Positions 8,689 through 20,080 of a stretch of DNA of 32,653 bases are shown here, in pieces. A program made the translations under genes and the position numbers. Every line of letters starts with the position of its first letter. Positions within the stretch are counted from its first letter, which is position 1. The notes beneath the pieces are model-generated. The model was not told where the DNA came from. It was given only the letters and a program-made list of their open reading frames with translations, and did not search any database. Origin of the DNA: Cyanophora paradoxa CCMP329 (Eukaryota; Plantae; Glaucophyta); NCBI GenBank assembly GCA_004431415.1, contig QPMI01000367.1, positions 1 to 32,653 of the forward strand, in the 5' to 3' direction.

Positions 8689-11600
8689 ATGGCCCGCGCA
8701 GCGGCGCAGGCTATGTGGGGGGGAGACACGGCTCGATACGTGCCTGGCATCCACGCGAAGAGCATTGACCTGACAAGCGCAACGGGCGATGCGTTCCTGC
8801 GCCGGGACGCGATCCGCCTGTACGACTCGCACGCCGTCGCGCACCCGGCCATCAGCACGGAGGTGGGCCTCAGGGCCTTGCCGTGCGGCGCCAGGCGCCC
8901 TCCGGCCTTAGCTAAGGAAGCCGGCGCAGAGGGAGGACCTGAGGAGCGCGAGGAGCGCGAGGGCGGCGACGCCGACTGCGCTGCAGCAGCGGGGGACGCC
9001 GCGGCAAGCTGAGGGCCCCGTGCCGACGCCGGCGTGGGTGAACGACCCGGCCGGCCCGGCGCCGCTGCCGCTGCCGCGGCGGCCGCGGAGGGCGCGGGCG
9101 ACGAGCTCGACGCGGGTGGCGAAGAGCGCGCGGGACTTCCGGGGCAACGCCCATCCCTTCGTGACCGCCAACTTCGAGAAGTACGAGGAGCTCTTCCGGC
9201 CCAGCGAGGGCGGCCTCATCATCCGCTTCGGCGCGGCGCTCGGGCGGCCCACCACGCCGCCGGCGCCCCGCGAGGCCCGCTCTCCGCCGCACCGCAACCC
9301 CGGAGCGCTGACGGGGGCTCTTCGGCCCGCTCGCCCCCCCTCGAGCGCCGGCGGGGCGGCGGATGCGATCCCGCCGCGCGAGGCGCCTCCGAGCGCGGGG
9401 GCGGGCGCCCGGGGCCCCGGCGCGGCCGCCCGAGGTGCCGGCGCTGCGGCTCCCCGCGTCGGCGCCGGAGCTGACGGCGCCGGCGACCGCGGCGACGAGG
9501 CGGGGCACGGGGCGGGGACGGGGCGCGGGGCGGAGAGCAGCGCGGGGTGCGGGGCGGGGGCGTCTCGCTGGGCTTCCACGAGCGCGCCGTCGAGGAGCGC
9601 GTCTGGGGCCTCTCCGCCGTCTTCCGCGACAAGGTCCCGCCTCCCCTCCCTCCCGCCCCTCGGACGCCCCCGCGCTGAGCTCCCCCGGGGGCAGGTGGAC
9701 GCGCAGGCCGCCCACTTCGAGGAGCGCCTCTCCGCCCTCGCCGCCCGCTTCGCCGTCCGCACCCGCCCCGCCCCGCACCCGCCACCCCCCCTCCTCCCGG
9801 CCCGAGCGGGCGCGCGCGGGGCAGGGCGGGTGGCGGAGCGGCAGGCGGAGTACGACGGGCGGGTGGCGGCGCTGGGGCGCGCGCCGAGGAGCTCGGGCGC
9901 AGCGCCGGCCTCGCCCTCGACATCGGCCGCGTCGAGGCCGCCATCAAGGCCCGCCCCGCCCCGCCCCGCCCCGGCCCGCCCCGGCCCTCGCGTGCCCGCG
10001 GAGACCCCCGGGGCAGGAGCTGGAGGAGGAGCAGGCGGAGCTGCAGGCGAAGGTGCGGGAGGCGGGGGCCGGCTTCGCGGAGGAGACGGCGGCGGCGGGG
10101 CAGCGGCTGGAGGCGGCGCAGCGGGCGTGCGGGGCGTGGGAGCTCGAGGCGGCGCGCGTGCGGCTGCCGATGAAGGAGGCGCTGGAGCTGCGGGCGGGGG
10201 TCGAGCAGGCCAAGGCCGAGCGCGGCCGCCTCAAGAAGCAGCTCGCCAAGGCCGACGCCCTGCTCGCCGAGATCGCCCGCCGCCGCGCCGGCCTCGGGGG
10301 CGCCCGGGAGCCGCGGCAGCTGCTCGCCGTGGCGACCCCCGAGCTCATGCGCGACGTCGAGGCCTTCGTTCCCCCGCACGAGCGCGGGCCGGCCGCCCTC
10401 CTCACCGCACCCTCCGCCCCCGCCGCGGGGGGGCGGGGCCCCGCTCGAGGACTCGTGGAGCGGGCGGGACCCCTTCATGGAGCTCGTCACGCCGCGCAAC
10501 CGCCGCCGCCTGCACGGGCCCCTCGGGCTCGCGGGGACGAGGCGGCGACCGCGGGGCCGGCCCGACGCCGGGCCCCGCCGGCGGGGGCGCCTGGGCGAGG
10601 CCGCCGTCGCGGTGCGGGGCCGGGCCCTCCCGCGCCCCGCCGGGGGGCGCTCGGGGGTGCGGGGCTGAGGGGGGCCGGGGCGGCAGGGGGCGCAGCGGCT
10701 GCCGCGCTCGCTGGACGAGCTCGAGGTCGCCCTCCAGGTGCCCCCCGCGCCCCGGCCCCGGCCCCCGCCGCCCCCGCGTCGTCCGGGCCTCACGGGCGGG
10801 GGCCCGCGCAGGTGAAGGAGGCGCGGGTGCGCAACGCCACGCGCGACTTCGTGCGCAACGTCGCCTCCATCATCAAGTGCGCGCCCCGCCCGCCCGCCCC
10901 CGCGCCTTGAGCCCGCCCCTGAGCCCCGCGGCAGCTTCGACGAGAGCCTGCGGGTGGACCTGGCGTGCCCGCGCTGCTTCAGCACGCTGGCCTTCCCCGT
11001 GACGCTGGCGCCCTGCGGGCACACCTTCTGCATGAAGTGCTACCGCGAGGTCCAGGCGGCCGCCGAGGGCCGCTCCCCCTGCCCCGAGTGCGCCGCCTAC
11101 GGCGACGGGGACGCGGAGGCGGTGGAGGCGGAGCACCCGCTCGTGGCGAACGCCGCGCTGCAGGCGCTCCTCGCCGGCTTCGCGGAGCGCGGCCGCATGC
11201 TCGCCGGCCTCGTGCGGCAGCTCGCCGCCCTCGAGGCCCACGAGTTCCACGCCGCCCAGCTCGTCCTCTCCCACATACCCCCCCGCACGCCCTCCCCGGG
11301 GCCCGCCCCCGCGCCCACGCCCCCGCCCGCCCCGGGGCCCGAGCGCGCCCCCGGCGGGGACACCATCACCCTCGAGCTGCCGCCGCGCAGGGCCCCGAGG
11401 GCCCCGCCCCCGCCGGCCCCGCCCCGCCCCGCCCGCCCCGCCCTCCCCTCCCCTCCCCGCCACCCCGCCGGCCCCGCCCTCCCCGCCGGCGAGGCCGCGC
11501 GCCCGCCCTCGAGGGCCTCGGCGCCGGCCCTCTCCCCGCCCCCGCCCGCAGCCGCCCCGCGAGCCCCGCCCCGCCCCCGCCCTCGCCCGGCCCGGAGGCG

Positions 11601-11880
11601 CGGGGCGGCTCCCGCCCGCCCTCCAGCGCCGCCGCCCCCGCCGGCCCTCGGGGGCGGGGCCGGCGGGAGGCCCCTCGCGGGGGCCGTCCCCGGGCCGGCC
11701 CCGCGGCCGCCGAGCGCCGCCGGATCGTCCCTGGCGCGGCCCGCCTCGCGCCCGGCCTCGACGTCGCCGCGGGGCAGCTCGCCGGCGCCGGGGGGCTCGC
11801 CGAGGGGGAGCCCTCCGCCCGGGGGGCGGCCCCAGTGCCGCGCCTCCACTGCCGCTCCCGACCCCGCGTCGCCCCGCTAG
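8689..11880 (+). CDS. Coiled-coil plus C3HC4 RING-finger protein (putative E3 ubiquitin ligase) with Pro-rich tail
   Basis: RING motif CPRC-x11-CGHTFCMKC-x13-CPEC at ~10966-11092; upstream coiled-coil exons (ELEEEQAELQAKVREA..., AERGRLKKQLAKADALLAEIARRR); first exon from ATG 8689 splices (8863-~8928) into the 9020 frame; TAG 11878-11880. Internal exon boundaries are only partly resolved. Confidence 0.7.
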
Positions 11881-12210
11881 CTACCACATAGGCCAGTGCC
11901 GAACCGGGGCCAGGGACCTGCCGCCGGGGGGGCGCCGTGCACGCGGGGGGACGGGGGCGGGGCCCTCGCCCAGTGGCGGCCGACTCGGTGAGGCCCTGAG
12001 GGGAGCGGGCCTCCCCAGAGTCTGGCAGTGCGCAGACGCCGCGACGCATATACGCGGGGGCACCGTGGCACTGCGGCACTGCGGCAAGTACTACGGTACT
12101 GCCGGTACTCCGAGGCCCTGAGGCTCGGAGCTTACATTGTGACAGCTCAGCTGGAACTGCGGCAAATCAATTATAAAGCCTCGAGGCCGCCCCCTACTGG
12201 GCCTTGAGGT

Positions 12211-12313
12211 TAGCCTTGAATCTTCATGCCATGATGCCATGATGCCATGATGCTCCCCCCTCAGGCCTATAGCCTTGAATCTTCATGACTCACGATGCCA
12301 TGATGCCATGATG
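12211..12313. repeat. Duplicated 18-mer TAGCCTTGAATCTTCATG, each copy followed by (GATGCCAT)n
   Basis: 18-mer at 12211-12228 and 12270-12287, each followed by 2-3 GATGCCAT units. Confidence 0.8.
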
Positions 12314-13023
12314 TAAAATATAGTTGCGAATTCGAATGAAGTCTTGCAAATGAAAGTCTCAGAGTCACTGAGTCTTGAAGACTCATCATGCATGTGGCAT
12401 GATCATGATCGTGATCAGTGAAACTCAAGCTTGCCGTTGAAGCTCTGAAGGATCTAGGCTTCCCCCCCCGTCTGAACGTCACTGAGGCATCCGATGATCA
12501 GGGCATCCGCCGGGCCGCCGGGCCGATCGCGATGGTCCGACGGTCCGACGGTCCTCGTGTTCCCAGCTGCAGCCTGGCCGCCGCGCGCGGCGCGCGGGGC
12601 AGGGCCCGGGGCGTCCGGATCCGGATCCGACGGCCAGCCTGTGGCCCCCTGGCGGCGGCCCATCGGCTTGCGAGTTGAACCTCGAGCTCGCGCCTCGACC
12701 TGGAAGATAGAAAGTGCCGTACACATAGCAGAGAACTGCAGTACAGCCCCTACTGCTGACTAAGACGCGTTCGCACAAACAGAAACGAAGCTTCAGACTC
12801 TGACAGATAATACTGTAGGCGGCCGCGACACGCAATGAAAACGAGACTCTGAGACTGTTGTTCACAGCAAAGGCTGCTGCGTCACTGTTCCTGAAACAAT
12901 TCAATGATTCAAGGACTGCCGCAGAAAGTGATCCCTAGTGATGAAACGGGCTGATACCTAGCTAAGGGGGAAAACTGGCGGGTGGACCTAATAAATTATA
13001 CGTGGCGAGCAAAGAGATTACGC

Positions 13024-13045
13024 GGGGGGGGGGGGGGGGGGGGGG
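13024..13045. repeat. Poly-G tract (22 G) flanked by GGGGC repeats
   Basis: Seen directly, downstream of the IFRD stop codon. Confidence 0.9.
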
Positions 13046-13129
13046 AGGGGGGCGCGCCCGCCGCGGGGACGGCCGAGTCTCTCGGGGGCGGGGGCGGGGC
13101 GGGGGCGGGGCGGGGCCGGGGGCGGGGCC

Positions 13130-15019
13130 TCAGTCGTCGTGGGCGAGCATCTCCATGCGGCGGGCGAGCGAGTCGCTGCGGTGCATCGCCATGTTCCGGT
13201 CCTGGGCCTTGCGCAGCTCCGAGCTCTTGGAGAGGAAGAGCCGCTTCTGCAGGGGCGTGAGCTTCGCCGCCTCGCAGCCGGCCGTCTCCACGCTGAAGAT
13301 CTCGTGCAGCAGCTCGTTCCGCTGCCCCGCCCCGGGCTCGCCCACGAGGAGCGGGGGGAGAGAGGAGGCAGAGCGGGGCACCTCGAAGTGGACCTGGAAG
13401 CCGGGGCCGAGGGCGTCGCGGAAGGCGTTGAGGCGGAGGATGTCGGCCCACGTCGAGAAGGCCAGCGTCAGCTTCCCGATCTTCAGCGTCACCTCCGGCG
13501 CCCACTCCCCCTGCCCCACCCAGCTCGAGCCGGGCGGGGCGGGGCGGGGGCGGGGGCGGGGCGGGGCGGGGCGGGGCGGACGTTGACGGCCTTGGAGAGG
13601 GACTTGAAGTTGGTGCGCTGGCGCGTCCGCTCCTTCTTGCTCACCCGCCGGTCCGACTCCATCGCCATCCTGCAGCCCCGCCCCCTCAGCCCCGCCCCGG
13701 GCCCCGGGCCCCGCTCGCGGGGCGGGGCGGGCGCACTCGGAGACGAGCTGGGCGACCTTCTCCATGTCCGCGTCCAGCTTCGCGTCCTCCTCCGTCTCCC
13801 CGCGCCCCGCCGAGAGCTCCTGCGCCCCGCCCCTTCGGCCCCGCCCCCGGCGCGCTGCGGGGTGGCTCGCGCGGCGCACCGAGTGGCGGAGGTGGGAGAG
13901 CAGCGCGACGTTCTCGCCGGCGGCGATGCGCACGTCCAGGTCCTCGTCCTGCAGCAGCTTGATCAGGCCGCTCAGGTCCCTGCGCACCGCCCCCGCGCCC
14001 CGCCACGTCAGCCGCGAGCCCCGCCGGCGCCGGCCGGGGCGGGGCGGGGTGGGGCGCAGGCGGACCGCTTCATGAGGGTGCCGACGACGTAGTTCTCGGG
14101 GAGGGTGGTGGCGAGGAGGCCCCAGCCCTCGAGCGCGGCGACGCGCGTGAGCGGGCCCGGCGCGCTGCTCGCCTTCGCCCACTTCTCCAGCTGGTCCACG
14201 ATCACGTCCTCGTGCACGTCCGCGATGAACACCAGCATCGCCAGCGCGTAGATCGCCTGCGCGCCGCCCGTCACCCCGGCGAGGGACGGCGCCCCGGCGC
14301 CGGGCGCACCGCCGCGCGAACTGCGTCCGAGCCGTGGTTCTTCGCCAGCAGCTCCAGCGCCGGCGACATGTCCGTGTGCGCGCTCTCCGGCAGGTCCGCG
14401 CCCAGTGTCACGCAGGCCAGGGACAGGGTCTGGCACGCCAGCATGATCTCCGCGCTCGTCCCCTTCTTCAGACACTGCGACAGGTACATGAAGAGAGTCT
14501 CGTAACTGACGGGCAAACGCAGAGGGACGGTCAGACGGTGCGCGCGACCGGAAAAGGAACTTCGGGCGCGGGAGGGACGCACTTGCTGGAGAGGCTCTCG
14601 CGCGGCACTGACGTCGTGAAAGTTTTAATGAGCTGGTTAAGTCCATACTCCCGCGCGGAAGCGCTGCGCGAGGGCGCCCCAGTTAGCTGGGTGACGGGTC
14701 GGCCGGTCTCCGCTCGATCGCCCGGCCGGTGACTCCGGAGCGCGGGCGCACAGCCACTCACCGCTTCTCGCTCAAGAGGTCAATAAGCTCGGCCAAGCTC
14801 TTGTCCCCATCCTCCTCCTCGAAGCTCCCCAAATCTTTGAGCCTCGAACGCTCAATGTGCCCGGGCGCCGAGCTTATCAAGCTGCCGCTGTCGGAGGTGT
14901 ACTCGTCTTCTGTCGCCGCAGAGCGCCCCTCGCTTCTTCTCCCTGCGCGCCGGCGTCAGCTGCGGCTCTTGCGCGGCCGGCGGCCGCGGGGGCGCCCGCG
15001 CACCTTTCGACTTGCCCAT
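13130..15019 (-). CDS. IFRD: Interferon-related developmental regulator (IFRD1/2-like)
   Basis: MGKSK/GRRSE...LAELIDLLSEKR/SASAREYGL.../YETLFMYLSQCLKKG...ALEGWGLLAT...LLQDEDLDVRIAAGENVALL...DSDRRVSKKERTRQRTNFKSL...LNAFRDALGPGFQVHF/RNELLHEIF...; these match IFRD N- and C-terminal domain signatures. ATG 15017-15019, stop 13130-13132. Confidence 0.88.
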
Positions 15020-15104
15020 AGCTCCGTGTCCCCCTCAACGCGTCTGTTTGTTTGCCGGCTTGCGTCCCACGGCCACTGCTTTTACCGCTGGTCGCTTGGC
15101 TGCA

Positions 15105-15395
15105 CGAAAAGTTGGACGAAAGTTGGATCCGGACGAAATTGGACGAAAGTTAAACGAAAGTTGGACGAAAGTTGGACGGGAGTTGGACGAAAGTTGGACG
15201 AAAGTTGGAAGAAAGTTGGAAGAAAGTTGGACGAAAGTTGGACGAAAGTTGGAAGAAAGTTGGACGAAAGTTGGACGAAAGTTGGATCCGGACGAAATTG
15301 GACGAAAGTTAAACGAAAGTTGGACGAAAGTTGGACGGGAGTTGGGACGAAATTGGGAGTTGGGACGAAATTGAAGTACCAGTTGGACGAAAGCT
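15105..15395. repeat. 11-bp tandem satellite (AAAGTTGGACG)n with higher-order duplication
   Basis: About 25 units; the variant block containing GGATCCGGACG-AAATTGG...GTTAAACG...GGGAGTTGG occurs twice (~15111-15186 and ~15270-15345). Confidence 0.95.
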
Positions 15396-15480
15396 AGAAG
15401 TACGTATATACCAGTACCAGTTGGTGGCCTGCGGCCGACATGTACCGGAGCATGCGCAACGGAGGTGCTTGTACATTAGG

Positions 15481-15915
15481 ACAGGACACGTGCTAGCTGA
15501 CGCTAATAGTCGAACGAACTACCGGCGCTGGCAACAATGAACTGCCCGGGCGACAATCGAGTAGACTTATCTACGCTCAGAGAGGGTAGCGCTATTCGGG
15601 ACAGGACCGGCCCATGCCCTCTCCGACCTGGCTAAGCCGTTCCGCCATGAGGCCCTAAGAAGGGGCAATGCGACCCCCCATCACCACAAGGGGCGAACGT
15701 GTGCTGCGACACGCATGCGCATGCACGGGCTAGCGCTGCGTCGCGCCGTGGTAGGCGGCTCGGGTTCGTCACTCGCGCATTGAAGCGCCTGCGCACGCGC
15801 GCGCGCGCACGCGCACGCGGGGGGCCGCGGGGGGGGGGCGCCAGGGTCGCCGCACAGTAATAGAAGTCGGCCAAGCTGCATTCGGGTACAGGACACGTGC
15901 TAGCTGACGCTAATA
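15481..15915. repeat. 28-bp direct repeat ACAGGACACGTGCTAGCTGACGCTAATA (two copies), containing CACGTG
   Basis: Copies at 15481-15508 and 15888-15915; GTCGGCCAAGCTGC is also duplicated at 15866 and 15925. Confidence 0.85.
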
Positions 15916-15948
15916 AAAAAAGTTGTCGGCCAAGCTGCCGCAGTGCAA

Positions 15949-17686
15949 ATGCCGCTCTGGACATGGCTTCGCCGCGCGCGCTCGTCGTCGCCGCTGCTCG
16001 GCGGAGCGCCGACTGCGAAGCGCAGTGATTTCTTGTGCCTCGTCGCCCGCGCGTTCCTGCCCGCGGCCGCACTCGTTGTCCTCGGCCTTATCGCATGTGC
16101 ACGCTCGCGCGCTCATCGCTCATCCGACTTCAATTTTGTCTAAATAGCTGCCGCCCGCAGACCTCGTGACGCGCCGGACCCGCGCCGCTGTCGAACAACA
16201 ACAACTGGTTCCTGGATCTGGCCACGAGCTTTACGACGGCGCTGTCTGGGCACTCGGCGTTGCCGCCGATTCCGCTTCGTGGTTCTTGACCATATACGCG
16301 TCGGTCGGCGCGCACCCTCGCGGCCTCCCGTTCGCTCTGACGCGGTGCGCAGACGCTCTCGGCGGCGGTGGACTGGCGGAAGGTGCAAAAGGCCACGTAC
16401 ATTCGAGGCACGGCGCTCAACGTCGCTGTCAGCCTCCTCCTGCGGGTGAGCAGCCTCCTCCTGCGTGAGATCCGGAGGCGGCTGAGGGTGGGGGCGGGGG
16501 CGGGGGTAGCCGGCGCTGCTGCAGCTGCTGGTGGCGTACTTCGTGAAACCGCGGATCGGGGTGCCGGAGGACGAGGCCCGCGCCGCCTGGCTCCTCGTCC
16601 GCCCCGCCCACGCCCCCGCCGTCTTCCTCTGGCAGGCGAGCCTCCGCCCCGCCCGCCGCCTCCGCCCCGGATCGGATGCGAACCTCGATCGCGCGCAGGT
16701 GCTGGCGCGCTCGGACGCGCTTTTTTCGGTGCTGCAGCTCGCCGCCGTCGCCGGCGCCTGGGCCCTCTACGCCGCCCTTGCGGGGGAGCCCCACGGCCTC
16801 GGCCTCGCCGCCGACCTCGCGCCCCTCGCGCCCCTCTGCTGCGCCATCGCCGCCCGACACATCATCCTCCGGCGGTGCCCGCCCTCGCCCGCCCCGCCCC
16901 GCCTCCGGATCTCTTCTCTCACGCGCGCGCGCAGGCTGGCGCCTGCGTGGCTGCACCGGGCGCTGATCCCGCGCCTCCGCCCTCTCGCGGTGGCCTCCCT
17001 CGTGCTCGGCGTCGCGCGCCTGCTGCTGGCGAGCGGGCCGGCGCTCGCCGGCGAGCCCCGCGCGGCCGCCGTCTGGGCGGCCGCCCTCGCCCTCCACGCC
17101 GCCTCGGCGGCGGCGCTCGCCTACGCCGCTGCGCGCCTCCTCAACCTGCCGCACGACGCCTGCGCCCCGGGCGCCCTCCTCGCCGCCGCCCACGCCGCCC
17201 GCCCCGGGCCCGCCCCGCTCCCCGCCCTCGCCGCCTCCGCCCTGCAGGCCCGCCCCCGCGCCCGCCCCCGCGCCGGCGCCGGCCGGCCGCGCGCGATCTG
17301 CGTGCACGCGCAGGCGCCGGTGCTGGGGCGCTGGTGGCGGCGTGCGGGCTGCTGCGGGGGCGTCGGGGCGGCGGTCGGGCAAGGGGAAGGAGGCGGCCGG
17401 CAGCGGGCGCGAGGAGGCCGTGCAGGTCATCTCCGTCCCCGAGCTCCTCGCCCTCGCCGCCCGCAGGCGCTCCGCCCCGGAGCCGCGCCCCGCGCCGCCG
17501 GCCCCGCCGCCGCCGGCCCCCGCCTCCGCCGGCAAGCCCGAGGCGGCGGGGCGCCCGAGGCCGCCGGGGGCGCCCGTCTCGCAGGCGCGCTCGGCGGGGG
17601 CCCTCCCCGCGGCCGTGGCGAGCCTCAGCTTCCCGAGCCCCTTCTTCAAGGCCGTGCCCTTGAAGGCCAAGGTCGCCCAGGACTAG
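15949..17686 (+). CDS. Multi-pass membrane protein, weakly resembling the bile acid:sodium symporter (BASS/SBF) family
   Basis: MPLWTWLRR...FLPAAALVVLGLIA/YLV...WALGVAADSASWFLTIYAS/TLSAAVDWRKVQKATYIRGTALNVAVSLLLR/LLVAYFVKPRIGVPEDEARAAWLL...RLRPLAVASLVLGV...LALHAASAAALAYAAARLLNLP; many hydrophobic helices spaced like BASS, but no CPGG-type motif seen. The 3' end frame is uncertain. Confidence 0.45.
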
Positions 17687-17760
17687 CCCCCTCGACGTTG
17701 GCATGCGCTCCTCTCCCCTCCCCTCTTCTTTGCATCAGAGTGAAGCTATCGAAGGCGGGC

Positions 17761-18835
17761 TCACGGGGCGGGGCGCTGGGCGTCGCGGCGGCGGCGGAGC
17801 TCGTCGGCCCAGGCGCGGACGGTGGGGGTGGAGAAGGCGTCGCGCGTGCTGTCGAAGAACTCCTGCAGGCGCACGCCCTGCGCCCGCTCGTACTCCTCCG
17901 CTTGCACGATCATCTCGAACTTGTCGAGGTCCTGGCGAGGGGCGAGGGGTCGGCCCCCGGGCAGGCCCTGCGCGTGGGCGGGCCGCGCGCGGGCGGGGGC
18001 GCAGTCCAGGCGGGGTACCTTGACGACCTTGGCCTCGGGGGTCTCCCCGTCCTCGTACTCCTGCCACAGCGCCGCCAGCTCCGAGCCTGCGCCGCCCGCC
18101 CCAGTCCGGCCCCGCGCAGCTCCGGGGCGCGCGGGGCGGGCGCCGCACCGATGGCCTCGTCGCCGACGGTCTCTTTGATCTTCTGCATCGCCTCCCGCTC
18201 CAGCCGGTTCTTCTCCTCCTTCGACACCCCACTGCGCCCCGCCCGTCAGCCAGTGCGGCCCCGGCGCAGCGCGCCGACACGTATGCAGACCAATCTGCCG
18301 TTCGTTCGGCGTCAGATCGGCCTCAATGCATTGTTCGGGGCGGCAGGCGCGGGGGCGGCGCACGGGGCGTGATGTCGCCGACGAGCGCCTCGGCGAGGTC
18401 GTGGCAGATGGCGATCTGAGGCGAACGCCGTGGGCGTGCGCCCGGGCGCGGAGCGCCTCGAGATTCAAGCAGGCCTGACCTTCATGATCTTGTCGCGGTC
18501 GACGTCGGGGAGCAGGAAGGACATCATCTGCGCAGGCAGGGCCATTGCAGGCGCCGGCCCCCAATCGGCGCGGTTGCACAGCGGAGGCCGGCGCCTGCGC
18601 GGCCCGGCGCTGCACGCACCGCCATCCTGTACATGTGATCCGCAATGCTCTCCGGCATGCTGCGCGCGCGCCAGTCCTCGTCGGCAGGTCGGAGCGCGCA
18701 GTCCGGCCGCGGCGCTCACCTCACGCCTGATCGAACCCAGCCCGTGCGCTTGGTCACCTTCAGCTTTCCGACGATGTGAAGGAAGTCCAGGACCGACGAG
18801 GGGGGCGGGCGCGGCTTGTTCGCTTCGTCCGACAT
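17761..18835 (-). CDS. HDDC2: HD-domain protein, HDDC2/YGK1-like 5'-deoxynucleotidase
   Basis: LDFLHIVGKLKVTKRTGWV...ESIADHMYRMA...IAICHDLAEALVGDITP...KEEKNRLEREAM...LWQEYEDGETPEAKVVK/DLDKFEMIVQAEEYE...LQEFFDST; H...HD...D metal ligands present. Confidence 0.93.
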
Positions 18836-19063
18836 GGCTGCGCGTGCGCGCTGGACGGTGCCGGCTCTGATCGCTGAGGACGTAAATGATGCGGATGCAA
18901 CCGGTCTGAGCGCTCTTCGAAGTCGCGTCAGAAGCATCCGCCAAGCCGGGGTACTGAAGGCTCCATCTTGCTCAACCGCCCGCGCAGCACAGCGCGGCAA
19001 GCGCGAACGACGTAGCTAAGATTTTCGACACAGAGCGCGCGTGAGCAGCGGCCAGCGGGCAAG

Positions 19064-20080
19064 ATGACCAGCGCCGCGCCCGGAGGCGGGCTTTCTTCGA
19101 TGCAGGGAGCGATTCCAAATGTCCCCAGTGACATCCCAGTGATTATGGGCAGCAAGAAGAAGCGGAAGAAGGTCGACAGCACGCCGGGTCCGCGATCCGC
19201 CAGTGCAGAAAGCGGTTCGCTCGGCTTGACGCGCGTACGGAGCGCAGACAGCGAGCGGAAGAAGAAGCAACAGAAGAAGAAGGCGAAGGACAAGGCGAAG
19301 GAGGACGACATCGGCGACGGCTTCGAGGAGGACGTGGACCTCGGGGATCTGATCGACGTGAGCGCGCGCCTCCGCTTCGCGCTGCAGCGCCTGGACTGAA
19401 GCCGAGGCAGGAGACCGCGCCTGTAGACGAGGAGGCGGCGTCAGGGAAGCCGGGCAAGAAGAAGAAGGAGAAGGCGGCGCCGGCGGAGGAGGCTGCGGAG
19501 GAGGAGGAGCCCGAGCGGGGCGACTTCGGAGAGCACGAGGTCGACGAGAAAGCCGAGAACGCGCGCATGAAGTGCGCTGCAGCCCGCGCCTGCGGTTCCT
19601 GCTGCTGCGCAGAGCCTAACTGGCCGAACGCGCTCAGGGAGCTGATGGAGACGTTCTCTGTGGAGGAGATTCGCCGTTTCGAGGCGTTCAGGCGCTCCTC
19701 TCTCTCGCGCGCTATGATCAAGAAGGCGCGCCCGCTGCGCCGCTGCCGGCCCGCCGCGCCTCACGCGGCGGCGGGGCGCGCAGGTGATGCAGTCGGTGGT
19801 GCCGAACATGCAGGTCTCGCAGCTGATGACCATCGCCATGGGCGGCATCGCCAAGCTCTTCGTCGGCGAGCTCGTCGAGAAGGGTGCGCCGGCGCCCGCC
19901 CCCGCGGCGCCGCGCCCTCCGCGCCGCGCCGAGCTCTCGGGGGCAGGGCGGGAGGTGATGCTGGAGGCGGGGGAGACGGGCCCGCTGCGGCCCCGGCACC
20001 TGCGCGAGGCCTACCGCCGCCTCCAGAACGCCAGCCTCATCCCCTCCCGCACCGCCTCCTCCCGCCTTTTCTCTCGCTAG
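19064..20080 (+). CDS. TAF11: TFIID subunit 11 (histone-fold TAFII28)
   Basis: Low-complexity K/E-rich N-terminus, then FSVEEIRRFEAFRRSSLSRAMIKK/VMQSV...IAMGGIAKLFVGELVEK/GREVM...GPLRPRHLREAYRRL, the canonical TAF11 C-terminal domain. Confidence 0.92.

Noticed and set aside
15105-15395. CRISPR array or telomere
   Set aside because: No unique spacers, no cas genes, eukaryotic context; the unit is not a typical telomeric repeat and the array is internal.
14729-15397. ORFs with repeating ESWTKVGRKLD peptides
   Set aside because: They are translations of the 11-bp satellite; the period is not a multiple of 3, so the same peptide appears in several frames, and the ORFs overlap IFRD antisense.
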